Shown here: one piece after another, positions 49,005 to 59,905 of the stretch
Numbering within the stretch: the stretch's first letter is position 1
Layout: each line of letters opens with the position of its first letter
From: Octopus sinensis
Taxonomy: Eukaryota
Reading direction: 5' to 3'
DNA: 64,000 nt
Assembly: GCF_006345805.1 (NCBI RefSeq)
Contig: NC_043001.1
Location: 66,464,001-66,528,000, forward strand
Program-made: the position numbers and the translations under genes
Notes under the pieces: generated by a model
Databases searched by the model: none
What the model saw: the letters and a program-made list of their open reading frames with translations, nothing else
Told to the model about the DNA's origin: nothing

Positions 49005-49190
49005 TTACTTGTTTCAGTCATTTGACTGCGGCCATGCTGGAGCACCACCTTTTAGTACTTATTCTATCGGTCTCTTTTTGCCGAACCGCTAAGTGACGGG
49101 GACCTAAACACACCAGCATCGGTTGTCAAGCAATGCTAGGGGGACAAACACAGACACACAAACACACACACATACACATATATATACATA
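49005..49190 (-). mobile_element. SINE (family B) with CR1/L2-type 3' tail; degenerate copy at ~56755-56995
   Basis: Minus strand GTTTAGGTCCCCGTCACTTAGCGGTTCGGCAAAA...GGTGGTGCTCCAGCATGGCCGCAGTCAAATGACTGAAACAAGTAAAAG. Confidence 0.75.
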
Positions 49191-49422
49191 TATACGACAG
49201 GCTTCTTTCAGTTTCCGTCTACCAAATCCACTCACAAGGCATTGGTCGGCCCGGGGCTATAGCAGAAGACACTTGCCCAAGATGCCACGCAGTGGGACTG
49301 AACCCGCAACCGTGTGGTTGGTTAGCAAGCTACTTACCACACAGCCACTCCTGCGCCTATATATATATATATATATATATTTATTGGCTAAACTGGCAAA
49401 ATGACCATTCCGAAATACAACA

Positions 49423-49453
<31 letters not shown>

Positions 49454-49460
49454 TATATAT

Positions 49461-49489
<29 letters not shown>

Positions 49490-49491
<2 letters not shown>

Positions 49492-50725
49492 CATAAAATA
49501 TATGCATACATACATACATATATGTACATACTTACATTTACATGTATATATACATGCATATATATATATATATATATATATATGAGTACAGGACACCACA
49601 AATAAACGTAGAACACAACGAGAAACGAAAACATAAAATCAAACAAGGAAACAACTTTTTTTTTAAAACTAAAAAACAAGGAAACGGACTTTTTTTAACA
49701 ACAAAAAAACAGAGTACAGGACAAACAATACAAGGAAAATTCCCCTTCATCGGCTGTCCCTGGTTCAACTCAACGTGTGTTTCGAAAGTAAGGGCAGAAC
49801 AAGGCCAGGCCGAAGCAGTCCTTCCTGCAAAAGTAATTAAGTAAAATTCTTTTGCAGAGGGGTAAAACAAGTGATAAGAACAAGACGTAAAAGCAATACA
49901 AATGAAGAAAAAACAGTAGAAAAAACAGTAGAAATAAAGAATAACAGGACAGGGAACCAACAATAAGGGCTTTTTTTAGGCCTAGACGGTGGAAAAGTTA
50001 GTTAGAACGCATGTGAAAAACCGGCTCGCGAAAGACAGGGAAGTCGATGTATGTTTGTTGAAGCACGAAGCTGAAAGAAAGTTTTAGTAGCCATCTGGTC
50101 AACGGCCAGAGAGAGGAGGAGGAGGAGGAGAGAGAGAGAGGGGGGAAAAGAAACCAGAAAGGGTGAAAAATAAGGAGAGAGACAAGTAGAGAGGAAGACA
50201 GACAGGCAGGGAGGAAAGGTCAAGTAAAGAGTAAGAGTGTGCGTCATGATTATTCAAATAAAAACTTACTTGGAGAAGAGAAATAGAGAAATAACGTGTG
50301 CGTTTGGTCATGCGTGTATATATATATATATGAGTACAGGACACCACAAATAAACGTAGAACACAACGAGAAACGAAAACGTAAAATCAAACAAGGAAAC
50401 GGACATTTTTTAACAACGAAAAAACAAGGAAACGGACTTTTTTTAAACAGAGTACAGTCCTGTACTCTGTTTTTTCGTTGTTAAAAAAAGTCCATTTCCT
50501 TGTTTGATTTTATGTTTTCGTTTCTCATTGTGTTCTACGTTTATTTGTGGTGTCCTGTACTCATATATATATATATATATGCATGTATATATACATGTAG
50601 ACATAAGTATGTACATATATGTATGTATATATGCATATATTTTATTTATTTAATATATTGTTATTATATGACCGAATGCACGCATTATTTCTCTATTTCT
50701 CTTCTCTAAGTAAGTTTTTATTTAT
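49490..50725. repeat. ~750-bp unit with partial tandem and inverted copies (PLE pLTR-like architecture)
   Basis: TATGAGTACAGGACACCACAAATAAACG at 49581 and 50330 (direct) and inverted at ~50535-50565. The inverted arm 50459-50725 also contains the reverse complement of 50257-50312. Confidence 0.75.
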
Positions 50726-50764
50726 ATATATATATATTATATTAAATAAGAGATAAATATAGAT

Positions 50765-50850
<86 letters not shown>

Positions 50851-50878
50851 CATATTTATATTTATATATATATATATA

Positions 50879-53492
50879 GACAACTGGACGTTTCTAAGGG
50901 AAACCTGCTGAGAGCCGCTGACCAGATCTGTGGCTGGTGCAAAGTCCCCTCTCAACCCAAAATAACATGGTGGTAGAACAATGTTGTAGACAGGGCTATT
51001 AGAGAAAAGAGATAGGCTTGGAAGGACTGGAAGAATGGTGGTAGCAGGGAATTGTATCAGACTGCCAAAAGAGAAGCTAGGAGACAGGTCTCTTTAGCCA
51101 GAGGGGAAGCAGATAAGAAAAAATTTGCCAATGTTCTGCGCCGTGAGGACCAAAGATTTGAGGTGTTTCGTGTTGCAAGACAGTGTGTGAGAGAGAATTG
51201 TGATGTGGTAGGAGAGAAATGTGTTCGCATGGATGATGGTTCACTTGCGCTAAATGAGGCTGCAAAGAGAGAGGTTTGGAGATGCCACTATGAAAGGTTG
51301 CTGAATAAAGAAAATGAATGGGATAAAGAGAGTCTGCCGAATGTCGACCCAACAGAGGGACCAGCTATCCGAGTTGACAGTTCCTTGGTAGTTAAGGCAA
51401 TTAGAAGCATGAAGACAGGGAAAGCCCCGGGCCCATCAGGAATTACTGCAGAGATGCTCAAAATATTTGGTAGTGTCGGCTATAGCCTAGTCACCCGTAT
51501 AGTTAATCAGGTGATACATGAAGGAGTCATACCCAATGACTGGTGTAGCAGCATAATAGTCAACTGCTACAAAGGTAAAGGTGACGCCCTAGATACAAAT
51601 AATTACAGAGGTATCAAGCAGTTGGATCAGGTAATGAAGGTTACAGAGAGGGTCATAGCCCAACTAATTAGAGAGAGAGTTAGTTTAGATGAGATGCAGT
51701 TTGGGTTCGTGCCAGGGAAAAGTACCACTGATGCTATGTTCCTGGTAAGGCAGCTGCGGGAGAAATACCTAGCCAAAGATAAGCCCCTGTACCTGGCTTT
51801 TGTTGACATGGAGAAAGCCTTCAACAGGGTCCCCCGATGCCTTATCTGGTGGTCAATGAGGAAACTAGGGATAGATGAATGGTTAGTGAGAGCTGTGCGA
51901 GCCATGTACAGGGACGCCGCTAGTAAGGCGAGGGTTGGCAACGAGTACACTGAAGAATTCAGGGTAGAGGTAGGGGTCCACCAAGGCTCAGTCCTCAGCC
52001 CCCTCCTATTTATCATAGTCCTCCAGGCAATAACAGAGGAATTCAAGACAGGATGCCCCTGGGAGCTCCTCTATGCTGATGACCTTGCTCTAATTGCTGA
52101 GTCACTATCAGAACTGGAGGAGAAGTTTCAGGTGTGGAAGCAAGGATTAGAATTGAAGGGCCTTAGAGTCAATCTAGCTAAAACCAAAGTCCTAATTTGT
52201 AGGAAGATAGATAAATCACAAATGCTTTCAGGTAGATGACCCAGCTCGATCTGTAGACAAGGTGTAGGTAGAAACTCTATAAGATGCACCAAGTGTAAGC
52301 TATGGACACATAAGAGGTGCAGCAATGTCAAATGAAGGCTAACTAGGAAGATAGTTTTTGTATGTGGCAGATGCTCAGGAGCAATAAACACTGAAAATGC
52401 TCTGAGACCAACTTCTGCCACATTCCAGGGAGAAAAACTAGAAATAGTTGATAGCTTCCGTTACCTAGGTGACCAAGTCAGTAGCAGGGGCGGGTGTGCT
52501 GAAAGTGTAACTGTTAGAGTAAGAATAGCTTGGGCAAAGTTCAGAGAGCTCTTACCTCTGCTGGTGACAAAAGGCCTCTCACTCAGAGTAAAAGGCAGAC
52601 TGTATGACGTGTGTGTACGAACAGCCATGCTACATGGCAGTGAAACATGGGCCGTGACTGCTGAAGATGTGCGTAAGCTTGCAAGAAATGAAGCCAGTAT
52701 GCTCCGATGGATGTGTAATGTCAGTGTTCATACTCGATAGAGTGTAAGTACCTTGAGAGAAAAGCTAGACCTAAGAAGCATCAGTTGTGGTGTGCAAGAG
52801 AGACGTTTGCGCTGGTATGGTCATGTGGCGAGAATGGATGAAGATAGTTGTGTGAAAAAGTGCCACACCCTAGTGGTTGAGGGAACCCATGGAAGAGGCA
52901 GACCCAGGAAAACCTGGGACAAGGTGGTGAAGCACGACCTTTGAACTTTAGGTCTCACCGAGGAAATAACTAGAGACCGAGACCTTTGGAAGTATGCTGT
53001 GTGTGAGAAGACCCAGCAGGACAAGTGAGACCATAACCCGTAGCCTCTACATGGGATGTAGCCAGCCCACTTACGCATACCTTTCCTTCTTGGGACACAA
53101 AACTCTACTTGTGAAGACCTGTTGAGGCAAGTGAAAATCGAAATCGAAATTGATCAACAGCTGTGATACCAGTGCCGGGGGTACGTAAGAGAACCATCCG
53201 AACGTGGCCGTTGCCAATGCCGCCCCGACTGGCCTCGTGCCGGTGGCACGTAAAAAGCACCATCCGATCATGGCTGTTTGCCAGCCTTGTCTGGCACCTG
53301 TGCCGGTGGCATGTAAAAAGCATCCACTACCCTCACGGAGTGGTTGGCATTAGGAAGGGCATCCAGCCATAGAAACATTGCCAGATCAGACTGGGCCTGG
53401 TGCAGCCTTCTGGTTTCCCAGACCCCAGTTGAACCGTCCAACCCATGCTAGCATGGAAAACGGACGCTAAACGAAGATGATGATGATGATGA
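50879..53492 (+). mobile_element. Longest RTE LINE copy (linker, RT, PHD-like insert, C-terminus, 3' UTR, (GAT)n)
   Basis: Collinear ORF2 broken by point stops at ~52237, 52333, 52738 and 52942. The endonuclease is missing (5' truncation into (TA)n). Confidence 0.96.
51052..52239 (+). pseudogene. RTE reverse transcriptase domain (open segment ending at a premature TGA)
   Basis: KAPGPSGI, NYRGI, QFGFVPGKSTTDA, FVDMEKAFNRVPR, GVHQGSVLSPLLF, LYADDL. The TGA replaces the Trp of GRWPC seen in other copies. Confidence 0.93.
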
Positions 53493-53496
53493 TATA

Positions 53497-53900
53497 TTGG
53501 GAGTGGTGGGTAAATTATTACCATTTCATATTTTTAATTTCGTGCATGTGCATTGTTTGTTTTTGATTTTGTTAACTACATAGTATAGTAAGGTCAGTTG
53601 GGCACTCTCTGTGAGAAAAACAGTACCATGATGCAATTCACTTTGCCAGAAATTTGGAAATGACATGCTGTACTGCTTGGCATTTGCGCTAGAAGCCCCA
53701 ATACAAACATTTCAGAGTGTTTGAGTGTCAATCTGAGGAGAGTGCAGAGGATTTGGAAAGAGTTGGATGAGTCTAGTGATAATTACGATGGTGTGGCAGC
53801 TTGGAAATTTTGTGTAGATATTTATCAAAGGTTTGCAGTGGATGTTGTTGCACAACTTTTAGACACAAAATATTTGTCAATATACACTTTTGAACGTATA
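53497..53900 (+). mobile_element. Tc1/mariner-superfamily 5' remnant
   Basis: MQFTLPEIWK*HAVLLGI...NISECLSVNLRRVQRIWKEL resembles an N-terminal HTH; no catalytic domain seen. Confidence 0.4.
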
Positions 53901-53951
53901 AAAATACCAACTTACGTGGAGCCCATTTGACTTGCGTCTGTCTGTCCGTGG

Positions 53952-53991
<40 letters not shown>

Positions 53992-53992
<1 letters not shown>

Positions 53993-54741
53993 TGTTTCTT
54001 TATTAGCCACACAGGGCTGCACACAGATAGAACAAATTACAAGGTAGAGCTTTTCTTTTGGGGGTAAAAAAAGGGAGTGGTGGTTTTCGATCAAAAGGGA
54101 TCGTAAAAGGAAAGAAAGAGGACTAAAAAAAAAGGGAGGGGTTAATAAAAAATAAAAATAAAAAGTGGTGGGGGGGAGAGCAAAAAAATTGATCAATAGG
54201 GATCGTTATCACAGAAATGTCAATATGAAGTGTAAAGGGGAGAACAGGTGAGGTTTACCCGTGGAAAGAAAAGCCTACGGAAAAGACCACGGTAACCTCG
54301 GTCAATGAAGTCACATGTTATATTTCTTTTTTTTTTTTTGCAAATAAGCAACTCTCTGTATTAATTTTTACGGTTCATAGAATCATAGTCAAGGTGGCTT
54401 CGTCATTCATACGTGTCATCCTTGCTACATTCACCCATCTTTTTTTAAAACATTCACTAGACAAAACTTGCCTCTCTACTCTCACTTTCCTCTTCAAGTG
54501 ATACTTGAAGAAGTTGATGAGAGATTGACCAGAGAGGAAAGTGTTTGTCTCTAATCCTTTCAGGCGCGTCCACCAGATACATTCTTTCGCCATAGCCACA
54601 AGTATGATAAAAATAGCTCTTCCTTCCCGTTTGAAGGAAGGAGGCGTGACGATATTAACGATAGACTCGGCTGATAAACCGACACGTCCCACACGTGACA
54701 GCGTGTGGGACGTGTCGGTTTATCAGCCGAGTCTATCGTTA

Positions 54742-54744
<3 letters not shown>
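53992..54744 (-). mobile_element. Tx1-clade LINE 3' end, copy A, between (GATA)n arrays
   Basis: ORF end 54375-54692 is nearly identical to copy B. The 3' end GCTAATAAAGAAACATA runs straight into (TCTA)n at 53952-53991; the 5' junction is a 43-bp fold-back followed by (AGAT)n. Confidence 0.88.
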
Positions 54745-54810
<66 letters not shown>

Positions 54811-54812
<2 letters not shown>

Positions 54813-56145
54813 TGTTTCTTTATTAGCCACACAGGGCTGCACACAGATAGAACAAATTACAAGGTAGAGCTTTTCTTTTGAAGGTTTTTAAAAAAAAAAA
54901 AAAAAAAAAAGGAAGGGGGAGTTTCGATCAAAAGGGATCGTAAAAGGAGAGAAAGAGGACAAAAAAAGGGGGGTTAAAAAAAAAAAGGGGGAGAGGAAAA
55001 AAAAAAAAAAAATTGATCAATAGGGATCGTTATCACAGAAATGTCAATATGAAGTGTAAAGGGGAGGACAGGTGAGGTTTACCCGTTGAAAGAAAAGCCT
55101 ATGGAAAAGACCACGGTAACCTCGGTCAATGAAGTCACATTTTATATTTCTTTTTTTTTTTTTTTTTTTGCAAATAAGCAACTCTCTGTTTTCGATTTCT
55201 GGGTTCATAGGACTATGCTCAAGGTGGCTTCGTCATTCATACGTGCCATTCTTGCTACATTCACCCATCTTTTTTTAAAACATTCGCTAGACAAAACTTG
55301 CCTCTCTACTCTCACTTTCCTTTTCAAGTGATACTTGAAGAAGTTGATGAGAGATTGACCAGAGAGGAAAGTGTTTGTCTCCAATCCTTTCAGACGCGTC
55401 CACCAGATACATTCTTTCGCCATAGCCACAAGAATGATGAAAATAGCTCTTCCTTCCCGTTTGAAGGAAGGAGGCGTGACAATATTGACGATAGACTCAG
55501 CTGATAAACCGACTCGTCCCACACGTGACAGCAGTTGTTCGACATAAGCCCATAGGTCGGAAATTGTTGGACACTGAACGAGTGCATGCAGAATGGTTTC
55601 GTCGCTCTGACTGCATCTCGGGCAGGTCGGCCCCGTGTTTCTCGAGCCGTGTCTGTAGAGCTTATCCCGAACGGGTAGCGCTTCTCAGTAGCACTGCCAG
55701 GCCAGGGATCTCTGGAAGTTGTCCATGGGCCCTGGCCCGAAAGTCGTCCTGAACAGGCGGGTCAGGTACTCCTTGTCGACGTCCAGGTTTGCCCCGAGCT
55801 CGTCGTCGTACCTCCCCTCCACTAAACCCCTATAGAATGCTTTGGTTGTGTTGAAGTCACTTAAGGTCGACCCAGGACGGCAGAGTTGCTTGAGAGCAAC
55901 GCGACACTTGCGGTGCCATTCGCCCTTCCTCGGCCTCTTTTTGATCCACGACTGCAGTTCGGTCATGGAGACGAGCTGCGGGAAAGCGTGCCTCACAAAC
56001 GGCGACCACACCTGTTCACCGTCGTCTACATAGAGCCAGAGATGTCGCAGTCTCAGCGCGTGTCTGCGCATCATCAACCACGGCATGCCCAGCCCTCCTT
56101 TTAACGGGTGTTGACAGCAAATGGATCGCCTGACCATCAATAAAC
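54811..56145 (-). mobile_element. Tx1-clade LINE 3' end, copy B, between (GATA)n arrays
   Basis: One frame 56140-55205 with a single TGA (55685). GGLGMP motif and CPRC-x8-H-x4-C zinc finger typical of L1/Tx1 ORF2 C-termini. (AGAT)n at 54744-54810 and 56146-56341. Confidence 0.92.
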
Positions 56146-56341
<196 letters not shown>

Positions 56342-57339
56342 GACTGGCTGCTTTCAGTTTTCTGCACCCAAATCCACTCACAAGGCTATAGTAGAGGCTA
56401 TAGTAGAATATAATTGCCCAAGGTGCCATTCAATAGAACTGAATGTGAAACATAGTTGGGAAGCAAAGTTTTTAACCACACATGCATGCCTATACATTAT
56501 ATCATCATCATTTAACATTTGTTTCCCATGCTGGCATAAATTGGATGGTTTGGCTTAAGCCAGTAAGCCAGAAAACTGTGATAATGCATGCTGACATTGA
56601 ACATCCAGAAGAACATGCTAGCAGCATTTGTTTTTAGCCTTCACTTGTCCTCTGCATTCAGTTGCCATTTCACTACAATGTAGTATTACTGTTTCATGCA
56701 ATCTGTGTTTCACTTTGAGAGAGACTTTTTATTACTAACAGAGGTTATTTGTCTTTCATTTTTTTCTTTTATCATTTACTTGTTTCAATTATTAGACTGC
56801 AGCCATGCTGGGAGACTGCTTTGAAGTGTTTGGTCAAGCAAATTTGCCCCTGTATTTATGTTTTCTTTCTTTTTAAGTTTGATACTTATACTCTCAGTCT
56901 CTTTAGACAAACTGCCAAGTTATGGGGATGTAAACAAACCAACACCAGTTGTCAAGCTATGATGGAGAACAAACACGAACACACACACACACATTAACTC
57001 TAATATCAAAAAGTGAGAATGAGTGCTCAACATTATGTTGGTGAATAGATATTCTTTATTTGTGGGTTAACACGGTTACCAATGGTTTCATGTAGAGAGG
57101 GATGTCTTTACAATTTTCAAGCTTGCCACATGGGAACGTTGGCACTCATCTCCATTTTGGATGAGAATACACGAAGTTACATGAGATAGTAGGGGATTTT
57201 GAAATAAATAAATATAGAGATCATGGGAGGTAACTTGTAAGGAAATTTTAATTGTTGTCTCTCTTGCATTAGCCCTGAAATTCTTGCAATGAATTGTGTT
57301 CACCATAGATTAATCAATTAATTATCTTATGTGAAAATA

Positions 57340-57600
57340 CTCATGCACGTCCATTTTTAAATATACAGACCCCTTTTGGTCATGAATGACCATGGGATTG
57401 CACCTAGAAAGTTACCCTCTGAAGCACAAGTCTGGACAAGGTTGTTTATGGAAGACCAGCAGTCACCCATGCATACCAGCTTCCCTCTCCATGCCACCAG
57501 TGTTATCCAAGAGAAAGGCAAAGGTTGATACAGCTTGGCACCAGTGACATCACAGCACTACTTCATGATTGTGAACCTGATGCTCTAACCATTGAGCTAT
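57340..57600 (-). mobile_element. SINE-like repeat
   Basis: CCCTTTTGGTCATGAATGACCATGGGATTGCACCTAG...GAAGACCAGCAGTC body, with a tRNA-like ATAGCTCAATGGTTAGAGC head on the minus strand near 57600. Confidence 0.5.
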
Positions 57601-57949
57601 GCACCTTCACATTTTTAAATATAAATACACATATATGTACACATGCACATCCATACACATTATGTACACACAGACACACACTCACAGACAAACACACACA
57701 CAGATGTACACATATAGATACATGCATACACACATGCATTATGCATTTTGTTTGTGTATGTACACATAATTGTGGGGTCTCACTATTTTCACACTAAATT
57801 TCTTGCATGGGGTGGTCAGTTCATAAGTTCATATATTTCTGCATTTTTTCCATGAATCATGTGATGTCATGTATATGTGAAAAGCACCTATTTCTGTTTA
57901 GTAAGGGAATCCAGTATAAGTTTATGGAATCATATGTCTTTTATGCCTA

Positions 57950-59200
57950 ATATTCATATAATGCATTTAATCAATGTTTAAGGAAAAACCTATACAGATC
58001 GGAAGGTGGCAAAGTGGCGGGGGTTATTGCTTGAAATTTTGAAGTATGAATTGTTGCTTATGCATGCAGGAGGAGAAGGTTTCCTCCCTAACATTTAAAA
58101 CATTCACTGTTGATGTTATGAGATTTAGTTTTCAGAACTCACATTTGTTGTGTCATCCCTTTATTTGCTTGTCTTAGCTATGATGCTCCAGTTTATATGG
58201 GGACTGTTCATACATACCTCTCTTTAAGTATCCATACCATATTGGATAAAGATGCTGTGTATCTTTTGCTTTTATCTCTAAACAATGGCAAATGCTGCCC
58301 ATATCTCTCTTTGAATGTGTTTCTCTTCATTCCAAAGTAAGATTTTGTCGTTCTGTTCAAATCCATAATGTTAACCTTGCACACTAATTCTTTTTCCAGG
58401 ATCCTATAATTTAGTGGACAGCTGTTCAGAGATCTACAATTACAGGATCTTTGTGGAGAATGTTCCTTATGTTATCTTTTTATTGTGATTAAATGATTGA
58501 CCCATGCTGGAGAGGCAATTATAGCTAACTTTGACCATATTTCTATTGTATTTGTATGAGTGAGGGAAGTGATTATCTATGGGCCAAATTTGAGGAGGTT
58601 CTGAGATTAGTAAAACAACTTGACTAATACTGATTTAGCCATTATAAGGAATGCAAAGAAGTCATTACTTTTTCATGATAATTCCTACTGGGCAAAAAAG
58701 AATGGGGACGAGCCATTCGATACCACTATGGTGAGCTATGATAGTTTGGAGATAGTGAATCTAGTTGGTTTTTACATCCTAGATGTCCTTCAAAAAAAGA
58801 AATAAAAGAAGCTGACATAGGGTTACATAGGGACGATGGTCGTCTATGGGTAGTATATAACTAAAATGGACTGGATATGGAGAAGATAAAGAAAAATTAT
58901 GCAAAATATTTAGCCAACAGAACTTAAGAACTACAATTAATGCAAAACTTAGTTTCCTAAACATTAATTTAAACCCTACCATAAACCAAATGAGGACACT
59001 TTCTATATTGACATAGCCTCTAATGACCCATCATCATCAATAAAACAATAGGTTAATAGCATTAGTAGCATGTTTCCAATCTAAATATCATTAGTGTATA
59101 TTTTAAATATTAGAGTGGAAACATTCTCCCCCTGCATGAACAAGCAACAATTCATACTTCGAAATTTCAAGCATGACCCCAACACACACCATCCACTTTG
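57950..59200. mobile_element. Rearranged Penelope-like element (RT on plus, endonuclease inverted on minus)
   Basis: Plus 58620-59090: IIRNAKKSLLF...WAKK...FDTTMVSYDSLEIVNLVGFYIL, GLHRDDG. Minus 58500-57990: YFGMKRNTFKERYGQH...LSNMVWILKE...NVREETFSSCMHKQQFIL. The C-terminus recurs on plus at 59095-59170. Confidence 0.85.
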
Positions 59201-59905
59201 CCACTCCTCCAACCTAGACAAGTTGGACATTGATTATATGCCATATATGAACATTATGCATAAAAGATATATGCCACCATAAAAAAAATGGATGTGCACA
59301 AGCATTCTTACATTAGATGATTAAGGAATTAAGATTAAGGTTTAAGAGACAGAATCACCCTCAAGCAATTCAATCATCATTGAATGACATTATCCACAAT
59401 AGGTACATATAGGGCTAAATATTAGAATTATCATAATTAATACCAAAAATTCTTATTCCAAATTATCAAAATTAATACCTTCAATTATTATTTCAATTTA
59501 TATACTTTACTACGTGCGTTTCATGACAACATATTCCCCAATATTGCTGAAACAGAATGTCTCTAAATACAATACCATATTAAAACAATTATATTGCCAA
59601 TCTTCAGGTCTAGCATATATGAACTTATTTTGCTATTTACATCCTATATAAAGACATGACAAACTAAAATTATATAACTAGAAGTTGTTGGAATAATTTT
59701 ACTTTAGTAAATAATGAACAGAAATGTGGAATAAAAGTAGGAAAAAGAAATATTAGTATAAAGAAATGTTAACTTATCTGTATGGTAATTTTCTCTCCAT
59801 GAATTAAACATGGCTACCAGCAATCATATAATCCAACATTGAGAGCTACTTTTCAGGGGAGATAATTCTTATTACCATTTAAAAGTTATTAAAAGGTATT
59901 TTCTA

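Noticed and set aside
49730-49830. Hammerhead-like pieces (minus ACAG-CCGATGA-AGGGG...CCTT; plus GGCC-A-GGCC-GAAG)
   Set aside because: Each lacks several core nucleotides; may be decayed but is unsupported.
51052-52239. An active, retrotransposition-competent RTE
   Set aside because: The endonuclease is missing and there are at least four premature stops downstream.
59515-59570. TTCATGA...AATATTGCT-GAAA-CAGAATG-TC as a hammerhead in the PLE 3' UTR
   Set aside because: The core is mismatched and there is no stem I pairing.
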